A stretch of DNA of 64,000 nt from contig OZ316893.1 in NCBI GenBank assembly GCA_973895155.1, positions 12,726,359-12,790,358 on the forward strand, in the 5' to 3' direction. Within the stretch, counting starts at the first letter, position 1. Every line of letters starts with the position of its first letter. The notes beneath the pieces are model-generated. The model was not told where the DNA came from, did not search any database, and saw only the letters and a list, made by a program, of their open reading frames with translations. Shown one piece after another: positions 1 to 13,822 of the stretch. The position numbers and the translations under genes were made by a program. Origin of the DNA: Marsupella aquatica (lineage: Eukaryota; Plantae; Marchantiophyta).

Positions 1-427
1 CGCATGGGAAGTCAATTTCGGATAGTGGTTCATTGCAAGCCCGGGTTGGACACTTGTATAATTGGATCCGGATTGGAGGCAGACAACACAAAGGCTTAGA
101 AGTCCTTAAGCTGGGGTCGATCCAACTATCAACAAGATACATTTTGGCAGAAAAACACAAAGTATGCCTGTGGTAAGTGTGTATGTATAGTTGGGTGCTC
201 TTAGCGCTAGTTTATGGGAATAAGTACAAATTGTGCATCCCTCCTTGCCTGAACCCTCAATACTAACAAAGCTTATGCCAACCTAAGCCAAAATCCATGT
301 AAGGATTGACCTTTTGGTGTGACGTATTGAATTAGAGAAGCTTTCTTTTTACTGAAATTGGAGAAGCTACGGAAATCCCAGCTTTGCCTACTTAGTTAGT
401 GTCGCTTCATTCAGGAAGCAAGATTGA

Positions 428-692
428 GGGGTACTAAATTCTCTCCTTTAATTTCTCCATTCCCAAGAATTGAGCCCCACTAAAAGACAAGAGGTCCAAA
501 GTGTCACATAAAATATATGGATATGATATCTTAATCTTGAGTTAATCACATAAGGGACGCCCCAATCATCTAGGAAGTGTGCACGCCATTCTTGGAAGTG
601 TGTCCAACAATTTTGGAAGTGTATTCAACCAACTCTGAATGACATTTCTGAATGACAGGGCCTCATTTTAAGGAGAGGAAATTTTGGGACCC
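428..692. mobile_element. Possible degenerate MITE (imperfect terminal inverted repeats)
   Basis: GGGTACTAAATTCTCTCCTTTAA near 429 is an imperfect inverted repeat of TTAAGGAGAGGAAATTTTGGGACCC near 668-692. No clear TSD. Confidence 0.3.
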
Positions 693-724
693 TACTGATC
701 TTCTCCTTCAATCTCTCCCCTAGC

Positions 725-2037
725 TTGAAGGTTGTGTGTGCAGCTACCCTGAACTGTCTACTTAGGGGATGGGAGCTCTCCCATTGTCATCTCCACTTTA
801 TCACAGCTGCTCGGAAAATTCCTTGTTCCCTCTCAATTGCACAATTTCTCCTCCTTATGGAGCAGCACCTAACTGTCACAGACACTGAGATGCGTGAAGG
901 TATGAGTTTTCTTGCAACCAGCAAGGTTTTCACTGTGGAAGATCTCTCCACACCTGGTCTTGGCTGGAAAACTCTAGAACGGGTCCAAGGTTTGCTACGA
1001 TTGACCCGACATAGTGCTACCCGACTTCTTCCACAAATTCTTGGTCTTTTGAACTCCTCCAAAGGGTCAACAACGGGGAGACTCTCACATCTGAAGGGTG
1101 GGTTTGGAAATGGCCCAATGGTGTGAAAAGAGGATGGCACCTTCCTACCAAGACGTGGGCAGCAATGGTGCAACCCCAACTTACCCCACGGCCCAACTCA
1201 ACCATAGGTGGTTCTCTCTTGACACACAAGACCCGGGACAAGACCTCTGGAGGAGCGATGGACGCATCTATGGAAAGGTTGGACCTCAACTAGTGTTAAA
1301 CTTGTCTTTTGGAAGGTGCTTCATCAGGGTTCTAATTTGCACGCTTTGAAATGGAAAGTTAGTGATGGCCATTGCACCGCCTGCCAAGGACACATGGAGA
1401 CCCCATTGAGCACATGTTCTATGACTGTCCTAGGCTGTGGTCCCAGTGGACCCATCTTTAAATCATTGCTATTGCCACCAGTCTGAACAAGGCTGTTGGA
1501 TGCTCCTTGTTTGGCAAGATTGACATTGCTATTAGGTCCCATGCAAAAGCGCAACCCTGGCTTCCTTCTCCTCATCCATGAGATGCTACCTCTACCAGGT
1601 TTCCATTGCACATCATCCTCAAAGATGTTGCTGTTCAAGTTCATGCTAGCCTTCAGCGGACTCACAGTGTGTAGAAGGCCAGACGGCTACATCAAACCAT
1701 TCTTAAACTCATTGAACTGACTGCTAGGACTTCTACTGGCACTAGTCCCGCATAGCTGAGGTCTTTGCTGTTGGAACCCTGCTCATTCTAGTGTGGAGGC
1801 CCCCCTTTGCCTGCGGGTGGTGCGTTGTTTGTCTGTTGTTAGTGTAACTTAGTTTCTTTGCTTTCGCCCCCCTTGGCGCTTCTTTAGGAGGTGACCTTGT
1901 GTTCTGTTGGGGTGGTTTTTGGCATTTAGCTAGTGGTCGTTTGGGGTGTGTGTGGCCCTTTGTGTGGTTTGTCATCTCCCTTGCTGGTTTTCGTCACGGT
2001 GGCTTCTCTAATAAACACGTATTTTCTATAAAAAAAA
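725..2037 (+). mobile_element. 5'-truncated, decayed L1-type LINE 3' end (zf-RVT region, 3' UTR, poly-A)
   Basis: Plus-strand frames give WTHLWKGWTSTSVKLVFWKVLHQG, then C-x2-C (GHCTACQGHMET) and, after a frameshift, HMFYDC. This matches the C-terminal zinc knuckle of L1 ORF2. The region ends in AATAAA plus an A-tract near 2010-2037. The 5' boundary is approximate. Confidence 0.6.
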
Positions 2038-2569
2038 GTAACTAGAAATTATTTAAACAATAAAAATTATCAATGGGTCCTTTCGAGAATTACCCAAAAT
2101 GTTTGGGTTCACTTTTGAGAAAGATGCATGATATATTGAGCAACTGAGAATAGACTAAGTTTATACTGTCTAGGAAAAAGAAAGTATATATATTGCAAAC
2201 ATTAGCACATACACCATTGCGGCCTTATTAGTTCTGCTGATGCTTCATAAGCCTGTATTTCAATTTTGCAAGCCACAGAATGGTCATCATTGTAGTAAAG
2301 ACTTTACAAAGCCATAACAAAGCACATAAATCATACCACCTTTTACTGGATTCCATGCAAATAGCTAGGTATCATCATTTTGGACATAATAGCAACACTA
2401 ATGCTGTGCTGGTTCATTTTGAGTGGTGAATCCTCAAAAGCCCAAGTGGGCAAGTTGCGCCTTCTCTTCTGGTTAGGACAGATCCAATTCTCAGTTTGTT
2501 TCATCCAATTGAGGCATGATCTTAACTGTGTGAGTACAATACTCAGCAATTAAAAACAGAGCTCTTTGC

Positions 2570-3070
2570 ATATCATCCAGTACCCCATAGTTCCCCAAAT
2601 ATTATAGAGTATACAATACTAATTCTGTAGATTATCAAATTGTACCCAAAATGCCCCATAGCACAGTCTTAGAGTACTCCAAAGTACTATAGATTATGAA
2701 AGGGTAGCCAAAATGTCTCTGAATATCTAGAGGATGAATCTTTGAGTACCCCATATGTCATAAAATGACCCACATTCCTCTGCCTTACCAAAGGGTAGCC
2801 AAAATGTGTCTGAATATTTAGAGTGTCTTAGAGTACCCCAAATATCATAAAATACCCCATAGTCCTTTACATTACCAAAGGGCACTCAAAATGTCCCTTA
2901 TATAATATATTGAGTGACCCATAGCACCCTACATATCATAGAGGCCTTCGTAGTACCCAGGAGTACTCCAAATATCATAGAGTACCTAAGAGTACTCTAG
3001 ATTATTTACCAAAGGGTACCCAAAATGTCACCAAAAGTCATAGAGTACCCTATTACCCAAATACCCAGGG
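2570..3070. repeat. Degenerate tandem repeat array (AGAGTACCCCAAATATCAT / AAAGGGTAxCCAAAATG motifs)
   Basis: The motifs recur many times between about 2570 and 3070. Confidence 0.6.
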
Positions 3071-3444
3071 TAAGTCTGCAAACTGTCCATACACAAATGC
3101 TATCCAAAAATGTTTTTGGCATCTGGAATGAAGACTCAGTGGTTAAGGAAAGAAAAAACCCACCAAGAATTACAAAACATCACAAAACTTGATGTGTTAT
3201 ACCAAGAGTTAACCTTTGTTGATAGATTACCCTATTACGTATTATTTAAGATTATACATATATACTTCTTTAATGTTGTACGTACATATGTATCATTCAT
3301 AATTAAGTTCACTTCTAACCACGGTAAGTTGACAAAAATTCAGGAACTATCATTGGCTCCATGTTTGCACGGGTGTTTATATTTTTTCCATCTTGGTTAA
3401 ACCGTACCTCCAATAAAATTTGCACATCATGCATGTCAATCAAG

Positions 3445-3535
3445 CGTGTGTAAAAAACTTACGCACACATGACATGCGTGTGTAAAAAACTTACGCACAC
3501 ATCTCAAGTGTGTGTAAAAAATTACACATCTCAAT
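3445..3535. repeat. 30-bp tandem repeat x3 (GTGTGTAAAAAACTTACGCACACAT core)
   Basis: Three adjacent copies are visible directly. Confidence 0.75.
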
Positions 3536-5234
3536 CATTTGCGCCTCATTTAAAAATTTGCACCTCATTCCAAATTACTTCCAAATATTTGCACATATTT
3601 GAAGTGCTTGAGAAAACTTTGCGTCTGCCTCTTAAACTTGGCCGTTCAAAAACTTTGTAACTTAGAAAGAAAATAAAAGCACACTCACATCCATTGTTGA
3701 GGCTTTTTATTTCCCATTCCTCTTCTACATTTGTGAGGTAAGCTTTTTTTCCTAAAATATTAGGCGTAATTTTTGTCATCTCCTCGGTAATGTGAGAAAT
3801 ATAGATCTAGAAAAGTCCACAAAAAATTGTTTTGTTGTATGACAATTTTTTATTTAAGTCTTGAATAATAAGATTTATTCAAAAATGAACTAATGATATA
3901 ACATTTATTTAACTCATAAATGAGGAAAATTAATATTTTAATCAGTCAAATCTGTTCAGATGTTATTTAAGAACTTTTGAAAAAATTAATTATGAACTAT
4001 AAAAATATTGGTCACCCCTTCTTCATTGACCAATATGTTTCTTCTTTTTAACAATATATTTTTGTTTTTGAAGGAAAAACACTCTGCAACATTTGGTATT
4101 CCGTAGGTGGGGTGTAGTGGTGGGAGTAATTATTGATTATTTAGGGGTTCTAGTTTAATCCTCTCTCCCTCTGGGTTTGGGTTGGACTCTCTCCCTGTGG
4201 GTTTGGGTTGGATCCCAGAGTGGTATGTAGTGGTGGGAGTATTGATTATTCACTCAGCCCCTGGTTGCCCCCTTTGGGGTTCTAATTTAATCTTCTCTTG
4301 TCCCTGTCTGATCCCTAGGTATTGTCCCCTTGTGGTTACCCTACATAAAAATGTATGCTCCAAAGCAAGACATCTATCGGCACTGATGAACCGAAGGTAT
4401 CCATTAAAATAGAAGCCGATTATCTGACTTTGAGCCAAAACCTTGTTGCACCTATTTGCTTGACACTCTCTCGACAGCATGGGGGTCCTGCATCTCCCCC
4501 AAGTCTTTGAATGAACTACATTTAATATCCAATCCAGCCCAAAAAAGTCTTCGTCCCTTTCCAAACTAATGTTTGGAGGGAATTTACAACAGCGTTCACA
4601 TTTATTCCCTCAATGTTTTATTCCCTCAGTTTTGGGGGCCGTGGGATTATCTATATGGGGCAGGCTATAAACTTAATTGAGCATATATACTTTGGAATAA
4701 GTGTCCAAAGTGAATTGAGTACAAAAAACAAATGAACACAGGAAGTGCAAGGTATTCAGGTACGCCCTCATTAGTCATTAGCGGGTATGAGGCCTAGGGG
4801 GAGAGAAAGAAGGATACCACTGAAGTATTTGTTTTTTGAAGTTTAACCTCTTTCCAATTTTTTCGTTTTTTTAGGAGGAGCCGGGGAGACAATTTTTTGT
4901 TGCTATATTCAATTTTTTTAGTAGGCCATATGATATTTGTTTGGGTGGGGTGTTGTTGGTGTGGTTTTTTTCCTCAGGGAAAGAGAAAGGTAACTTGTTT
5001 GAAGATGCCAGTATCTGAGGCCAGTATAATCAAATTCAAGGTTAGTGGGTACAGATAGAAAACTGGAGATAATTAATTAAACATAATTCATAATCACTTT
5101 TGTTAAATGACTCCTACACATGGATGGGACAGGAATGACATGTTTTGACACACAACTTCATAATATGACAAATGCAATGACATTCTATGTGCAAAAATCT
5201 TTTGCGCAATATAATCTAGGTTTTTCACAAACTA

Positions 5235-5267
5235 CATCTTTTGTGTAACGCACTGGTATCGAACTAG
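5235..5267 (+). mobile_element. Helitron-like 3' terminus (degenerate hairpin + CTAG|T)
   Basis: ACATCTTTTGTGTAACGCACTGGTATCGAACTAG|T resembles the terminus at 27077-27110. Confidence 0.4.
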
Positions 5268-6000
5268 TGAATTTATAATGATTGTGAAAGCATTAATCCA
5301 TTATGTACTGAGATAAGTACTCATCTGGTTCACATTTCTCTCTTCTAGTGTGACTTTGCTCCACAACTTCAGGACAAGTGCTAAAAATGGTGAAACCTGG
5401 TGGATCCAGGTTTTGTCATGGCCAATGGCTCATTAATAAAAAAATCCTCTGGAGAACTCAAAGTCTGTGAATGATTCGGATCTGGCCTGTGTTTAGTGTA
5501 GTGCTCATAAACCTAGTCAACCAAACCACATATAGATTGGAAGGGTTAGAAATTCAATTATAATTATCCACATTGTTCTTTGATGGAAAGTACCAAATTA
5601 AATCCGATAGATTGGAAGCGTTAGAAATTCAATTATATCGACATTTGTCTTTGATGAAAAGTTATGCAACAAAACTAACATGTCACCGTCGTGTTAAGTG
5701 TAATCCTTGTACGCCTGGCACATGATTCAACCCTCTTTTTCTCAATCAGCGAGAAACATTACAAATCCTAAGTACAAAGTTATTGAAGACTTCGCATTGG
5801 ACAATCCCATTGTCAATTCAATGCCTAACACAATGTGCTGTAAGTTGATTGTTTACAGTAGCTGGACAGGTGCTCCCAGCCGTTGTTTCATTCTAAATTG
5901 ACGTAAGCTTTCACCTTTCTGACGAAGCTACTCCCATCAGAAGGTATCGAATGGCCAACTAACGTACAGACTGAACCTAAAACTGCCCATAAGATTACAT

Positions 6001-9000
6001 CTAATTGTTTCTATGAGTGGCGAGTAAGCGAGCATACAACCCTCCTTTCAGAAGGAGAGCGTCCTGAGTGCCTTGCTCCACAATTTGCCCTTTGCTCATC
6101 AGTACAATCAAATTTGCATCTTTTATGGTTGACAGTCGATGAGCCACCACAACCGTTGTCCTAGATCTGGTTGCAAGAAATTTAGTCAAAGCCTCTTGAA
6201 CAATCTGCTCGGACCCAGTGTCTAGAGCGCTCGTGGCTTCATCCAAAAGAAGAATCGTGGGGTTCTTCAGAATTGCTCGAGCAATAGCGACTCGTTGTTT
6301 CTGGCCCCCAGAGAGTTGAGTGCCGCGGTCACCAACTACGGTGTTGTATCCTTCGGGAAGACTTGAGATGAACGTGTGTGCATTGGCAGCTTTGGCTGCC
6401 TCAATCATCTCTGCTTCACTTGCCTCTTCTTTCCCATAGAGGATGTTCTCCTTGATTGATAGGTCGAAAAGCATCGGCTCCTGCTGTACCAAGCCAATCC
6501 TTTGCCTCAGCCACTTTGAGGTTGAGCGTTTTGATATTGACATTCATGATCAATTAGAACTTGCCCTCCACTGGTGTCATTGAAGCGCTCAATTAAAGCA
6601 ATGATGGAAGATTTTCCAGATCCACTTTCCCCAACCAGAGCAACAGTCTGGCCAGGTTGGATTTGAAGGCTCACATTGTTCAGGACCTGCACCGTCGGTC
6701 TAGATGGGTAGCAGAACGTCACTTCATTCAGCTCAATGAACCCTTTCAGGTCGTTGGGTTGAGGACTACTAGTCTCGTCTGGATTGATTTCTGTCGTCCG
6801 ATGGAGGATGTTGTAGATGCTCTGCGCCGACATGACTACTGTGGGCAAAGTAGGGACGAGGACGGCGAGTTCGGACAGATTGATTGATGTATTTGAAATC
6901 ACCTGTAGAATTACATGCAACAATGAAGCACTTGCATGATCAAACACGGACCAGACTGTAAAGCCTATCGATCATGAACCTGTCAATTTGAAAAGATATG
7001 CATGAACTTCATTGTACTGCTAGAAAATTTGAGAAAAAATTTTAGAGAAGGTTCCAAGGGGGACAATATACACAAAACATTCAATGAATGAAAGAAAGAA
7101 ATATAGAGAAAATGAAGACCTGGATGAACAGTAGGAGATGTCTCATTTGTACTATTTTTTCCGCGACAGTAAGTTGGAAAGGGATATCAGCATTTCTTGT
7201 TTACCATCAAGACAGTGAAGGCATGTCCAAAATCAATGGTGTTTGTCCTCAATCTAGATTCAATGTAGTATACGCAAACTGTGTAGCAAAGGATTGGGAG
7301 AAATGAGGCAGCCCCGTTTGCTATCCCTGCCAAGAGGGCACGCATTTTAGCCTTTTTCAAAAGCACGCCAGAGAGAGAGGTGAGGCGATTGAAGACATGT
7401 GCCTCCATTGTAAATGAGTACACGGTGCGAATGTTCAAGACCGATTCCGTGGCAAGCTGTGTTACTTCCTCATTACTCGCTCGAGTCACATCTGCAAACC
7501 CCTGCGATACTCTGTACTGCATGCCGAATCACAAGTCACACACAACCTGATGGTCACAACAATGATGTCTAGTAGTTTCAGATGAGACCAGGGCAAGGTG
7601 TCTTCAGGTCATTCCCAGGGAGAATGTACTAGGTGTCTAAATTAGCAAGGTACCAATGCAGGTAGAACATAGCCAATTTGAGTTGGGGCGTCGCCACAGT
7701 CAATTCGACGGGCACAGCTCGAATTTTGGGGTTCTATGAGGTTTAGGTGATGTAAGAAATTGTCACCCCCTGCGGTCTGGAGGAGCACGGCGGCCCAAAT
7801 CCCGTTTAGACGCTCAGACGTCAACACAGAAATAAACATGCACTATCCGTGGTCTAGCTTGTCCAGAGGTTGATCAGACGTTCGAATTTTACGACCATCT
7901 AGGAATTTATTTGAAGGATAATTCTAGCTTATACGTCAAGCAAGTTGACATAAGATTCAAATTCTCGAGCAGATTAGTAAAAGGAAATTGAAGTAGCGGA
8001 GAGACCAGCTAATTACGTACCCGGAGGAAACTTGACAGTATAAACAAGGGAATGAGTGCGGAGTTGACGAGAGTCATACGCCACTCCAACCACAGACCCA
8101 AGCCGATTGCAAATACGACAGACGATAGGTTATTGACGAACGACGAAGCCATAGATGAAACGGCCGTATTTATCGATGCTCCGTCCGCAGCAAGCCTGCC
8201 TGTCACCATTGCGCTTTTATTCTCTTCTCTGTCATACCACCCCACTTCATTCCGCAAGGTTGCTGTCCATTCAACCCAATGAACCACTTAGTTCCATCAA
8301 TGTCTAGAAGATTATCTTGAAGTACCTGACAGGTCTTCAAAAATGAGGGATGTACTATATCTGCATTAATGGATATCTAAGAGCATAATTTCTGATCTCA
8401 TCCTGGACACAATAATTACAGTCATGCAATCTAAAACTATCAAGACTGATGGAAAATCTTGTGAACTATCAGTCTAGATGTAGGAACAGTCAATATGAAG
8501 CCAATTAGTTTGGTCCAGCTCTGTAAAGTATGCACCTGTAAGAAGACGCTCTCGAATTCTCTTTGTGACGATTTGGCCAACGAGCACAAGCTGCGAGTGC
8601 TCAACGGTAGAGGTAAGGGCAGCAAAACATGCCGAAAATGTCAAGGCAAGGCAGTATAGATGATTTTTACGCAGAACATTCTCCATGGGATAACCTTTGA
8701 AGAAAACTAGCGCTGATGACACCAAAAGATAGGAGTTCGCTGGTTTGACTGCGCCATTTGATATCGAACCAAACCATCCGATCATGACTCGTTTCCATTC
8801 CGGCTTGATGAATCCGGATATCAGTTTCAAAATGCCGAAGGCATTGAGTGTTGTCGTTGGAGGTATTTGTCGACTTTTGCCATCCTTGCCCGCAATATTG
8901 TCGGACAGAGTCTCAATTTGCCCCGGAGATTCCATTTCTCGTATTTCGGGTGACGATATGCCAAAGCCGAGCGAATCTACGCCCGGACTTGACCTGAACA

Positions 9001-12000
9001 TGGTCAGCAAGTTTCGCCTTTGTGCAACCGGACTCCTAGACGGTGAGGTCTTCATGATGTAAGAAGACCCGATACCCTTATCATGATCACGAATAGGAGA
9101 AGAGAAGTCTGAACCAAGTGAGGTATTCCTCCTACATTCAACAGCCGGGAGCACATTGGGGACAAAATTTTTAGGTGGTTGTCTATATATGAACCAACAA
9201 GAGATGAGTGCAGTGACATAATTAACATTCTTAGCAAAACCGAAATTAAAATCCTTACTGAAAAATGGCTTATTTCGTATGCTTATTTGCTGACGTTTAG
9301 GGCTTAGCAAGTAATCAGCAAAAAGCCTATTTAAGACAAGGTAAGAAGTTGCCAATAAAGAAGAAAATGGAGGAGTCCTCGGATTGAAGTGGTCTTCTGG
9401 ATATCGAATAATTCTACACAGCATTACCTGTATAATTGAAATAAGCTGAAAGGACAAATGCTAAAACGCAAAAGCTCACAGCCTCTTCTGGATTTCTGCA
9501 TCTATGGATTGCTAAACTGATCATATGCATTTAGTGAGGTGCGTAGTCGGAATAATACAATAAAAGTTCAAAGTTCAAACGGGTAACCTACATTCCTTCC
9601 GTTGTCAACTGAGAGGTGGACCCTTTCATTTCTTGGTTATTTTTGAGCTGGTAGAACTTGCCATCTTTGCCCATGGCCACGAGCTCAGATGGGCTCCCCT
9701 GCTCTACAATGTTGCCAGCTGAAAGCACAGCGATTGAATCCACATTGGTGATCGTGGAAACTCTATGGGCCACAACAACGCAGGTCCTTCCTAGCATCAG
9801 AGAATCTAATGCAACTTGCACAATCCACTCTGATTCTGCGTCTAAGGCACTGGTCGCTTCATCCAGCAGAAGAATGTGAGGATTCTTCAGCATTGCCCTG
9901 GCGATGGCTATTCGTTGCTTCTGCCCCCCGGAGAGTTGAGTTCCTCTTTCCCCCACCTGTCATCAATTGACCATGCCATCAATTCACTGAGAACCACATC
10001 AACCCTAGACCACCGTTCTGCCTAGGGAGAACGACCGTCTAGAATAGCATGTCCACAAGGATCAGAGCTTCATGCATAGCTTCATTCTTTATATAAATTT
10101 GTTGGTACTATGATCCCGCATTGCTGGGGTACTCATGAATTTATTGGAACCGCAATTTCAAGGAGAAAGGTTCATTTTTCTGAATGGTCCGGACTGCTTA
10201 GTTTTTTTTCTGAATTGACTGCTTAATTAAAGCCTACTTGAGTATTGTATCCCTCTGGTAGTTCACTGATGAAAGAATGAGCGTTGGCTGCTTTGGCAGC
10301 TTCCCGGCATTCCTCCATAGTTGCACCCTCACGACCGAGAAGAGTATTTTCCATGACGCTGGTGGCAAAAAGAGCAGGCTCTTGACCCACAAGACCGATA
10401 CAGCTCCTCAGACTCCGTAGATTCAGTGTCTTGTAGTCCTGTCCATCCAGCAATACTTTACCTGCGCAATGGTATGTAGAAAGGGATGATCGTGATCAGC
10501 CCACTTAGGAGCTTATATATATGTCTACCCATCCTTAATTTTGGAACAGCGATCCAATGACAATTCTACGAAAGGAGAGAGTCAGCAGCTCTGACTTTTC
10601 TTCCCCCAAGCCGGACAGTCGTTATAAAGTTTTTACCCGCTACAGAAAGTGCAGCGATTGGGCAGATCGATGGTTCCTACCTTTTATAGGATCGTAGAAT
10701 CGCGCAAGCAACGAGATTATCGTACTTTTTCCGCTGCCACTTTCTCCGACAAAAGCCAGGTTCTTGCCAGCAGGAATGTCCACAGTGAGGCCAGAGAACA
10801 CGGTAGCTTCACTTCGCGACGGATAGGCGAAATGGACTTCTGCCAGCTCGAACTTCCCTTGTGTTGTCTTTGAATCTAGAGGCTTCGAGTCTTCTGCGTT
10901 CGTCACTGCAGGCTGGCGCGCCAGCATTTCGTGGATCGGGTGAGCTAATCTTCTCGCCTTCCCGAACGATTCGATGTCAGGTACAGCGAACGCAAATATT
11001 CTGGGCCAGATCAATTAGAACAGCATCAATGCAAGGACGCTGTAACATCGACAGAATTGGACATTGGTCGACCAGGAGAGTCAATTTACTATGCTCTGAA
11101 CCAATATATTCAAGTTCATAATTCCGCCATGCTAAACAGTGTGGGAACATCATTGGCTGCTGTCAAACTATGAAGTAAGGTGGAAACTAGAGTAGATAGT
11201 GTCAGACTGCACGTATTTAAAATTTACATTGGGCACATGCTTTCTTGCCACTTCCTTTTCTTTTCTTTTCTTTTCTTTTCTTTTCTTGTCCTGTCCCTTT
11301 TTGCTTCATGTGACAAGCTTGTGAATGCACTGGACAAACAGTCTAGGCCATTCTTCCCTTTGTTGCATCTCCCTCTCGGAACATTGTCATTGTGCTGATT
11401 GCACACCAAAGGATATGGGAGGTATTTCAAGGCCTGAGATTCGCAGCATTGATATGCTCTAGAAAAATAGAAATCCTTTTGTTTTGTGACGTTGTCTCAA
11501 GCAGATGGTGAGCGACTACTTACAAGCCACCGTAAACGACACATAAAATCGATACGATCGCATGACTGGCCCTTACGATGCGTGTGGAAATTAAGATTCC
11601 TCCCACATAGAACAGCAGAGCCCAGCCCAGACTAACGGTGCCAATCATGGAGCCTAGTCCGATGCCCTTGGTAAAGCCCGCTTGAGAACTCAGTGTCACG
11701 CAGGTTTTCAGAGCGTCTGCAAAGGCACTCACTGCTCTCGTCTCCCCCACATACGAGTACACTGTTCGGATCTGCGATATAATCTGCCAGAGCAACACGT
11801 AGAGGAGGCAAGCTCATTCAGTTACATTTTGCTCTATTCTAGGTTTCCCTCAAATGAAATTCTATCTGCTAGCCAAATGATTAAGTCATAAGATAGACAG
11901 CGTCTTGTGCTGATGACCAGTAAGTCCGATTTCACAACTCTCACAAGGACTTTCATGTTAGTGTGGGATTTAATTTTCACAATCTTCAATTCTATTTCGG

Positions 12001-13822
12001 TTGCTCTTGGAAAGTAGTCGAGGTGTATATTTAAATTTGCGCTCATAGCTTTCGAGTATAATAAATAAATTATGTGTTATTTTTTCACACTTAGTTTCCT
12101 GTGAGAGTGGAAAATCATAATATCTTAATTTGTGGGTAGACGTAAAATACATCAACGTTTTGGGATGGGCACTACTTTTCAGTTCCCACGGTAATCCTCT
12201 CTGCAGGCAATGATGCGACATAGTGGAGGTTAAAAGGTCTAATCCAGTATTGCCTACCTCCTCCACGACGGAATCGGCTTTGCGACATTCTGCTTTACTC
12301 CGACTATTGACGGAAAAGAGAGTTCTCTGATAGAACCCCCCTGCGGTGGATATCAACGGAACGACCACAAGTGACAGTAGAGCTAATTGCCAGCAGAAAT
12401 AGAATGCCAGCACCTGCGAGGACAGCGTACCCCACAAGAAGCCAATGCCATGTCCCACCTGCACGCCAGATTGACCGTTAGACAAAAATCTCGCACCTTA
12501 CAAAAATCTTCGATTTTCACAAAGTCTCCCACCGAAGAGAATCTTTGGAATCACAAAATACGGCAGTGAGTATTTTGTGATACTCATTGAATCTGCATTG
12601 GTGCCTAAGAGACGTTTTGATGAAAACAAAAATGCATGCGTTCTCTGTAGTTCGCTTAGTTTGTACATTCCTGGCTATATCAAACATTAAAGATAAGGAA
12701 GGACTGTACCCGAGAGCAACAAAAAACTTGATTCTTGATTCGTCCTTGGAGTCAACGACGAATCTGAGTTAGTCTAATCGAGTAGCCTGGTAACTACAGA
12801 GTGCTAATATATACTCCAATGACGAATCTGAGTTTACTTAATCTAATCGAGTAGCCTGGTAAGTACAGAGTGCTTGAGGTACTGCATGTACACCTTGTGT
12901 AGAACGCGGGGTACAACGTCGTCACCAAATCCCTGAGCACACCTTTTTCGACGGTCGTTTGAGCCAGCTGCAGTGCGTCACATTCATGACGTCTCTACAG
13001 CTCGGGATCTCGAACAATCTCGTATCAGTCAAACCGCACACATAATTATGTTGATGAAGGGGGGCAATGTACTGTACCTTCTCTCCTATGCCCTCCTGAA
13101 TCTCTGCTATGCTTTCCGTGAGAGTGCTCGAGATCTCAGCCGTGTTGCCATCGGTATCAAAGTAGCCCACTTCTTGCTTTAAGATTGCTTCCAGAAATTT
13201 TTGACGGAGTTTTGTTGCTTGTCTCTCTCCAGTGTACAACCAGCATGACAATTCTCTCATCCTCCAGCCAACGCATGCATACTCAGTTAGGCACAACGAT
13301 TGTTGGATTGAGATGAATATCCGTCAAAAGATTTTATTGAAGGTTGCTGCCAGAATTTACCTTCCAAGAAAAACTCCCCGACAATCATTGACAATACATG
13401 TCATCACTCACCTACGAACCCGCCCATAAAAAATACCACCGATACTCCGGAATGAATGTAGCCTATCTGCATCAACCATCCAAGACAGTTATCATAATTA
13501 CGTTGTCAAGATATTCACGCCAAAGACGGCAACCAGTTACCTTCAATAGATGTATAGTGGATGTGAGCATATATGACAATATGCAAAGCTGGTTGCAAAC
13601 CTGGAGAAGCTGGTCTGCAAAGTTGCCGTGGTTACGTTGTTGAGCATTGGTCGACTGGCCGTATGCTCTGAAAATCTTTCCATACAAGAATAGGTTGACA
13701 GCGACAGTAGATCCTCTGATGCAAACTCCCAACGTTCCCAATAGCATCAACGTCACATCCCACCTGTCTGCCATGGAGTACAGCTTCCCGATCGGAACAG
13801 CTTGAGGGTTGTTTTGCGCCAT
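6001..13822 (-). CDS. ABCB: Full-size ABC transporter, subfamily B (MDR/P-glycoprotein, TMD-NBD-TMD-NBD); frameshifted in NBD2, possible pseudogene
   Basis: Inferred phase-compatible GT-AG exons: 13822-13601, 13466-13412, 13253-13078, 12458-12258, 11783-11524, 11000-10681, 10461-10238, 9956-9592, 9182-8536, 8262-8021, 7516-7205, 6902-6001. Motifs: [19 protein letters not shown], two Walker A (GESGSGKS), two LSGGQKQR signatures, two [11 protein letters not shown] and two AHR H-loops. The last exon is 902 nt and out of frame near 6515-6550. Confidence 0.9.
12757..12873. repeat. Intronic tandem duplication (~55-60 bp x2)
   Basis: GACGAATCTGAGTT...TCTAATCGAGTAGCCTGGTAAxTACAGAGTGCT occurs twice. 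Confidence 0.75.

Noticed and set aside
5533-5650. Short direct repeat downstream of ABCB
   Set aside because: Ordinary local duplication with no further structure.
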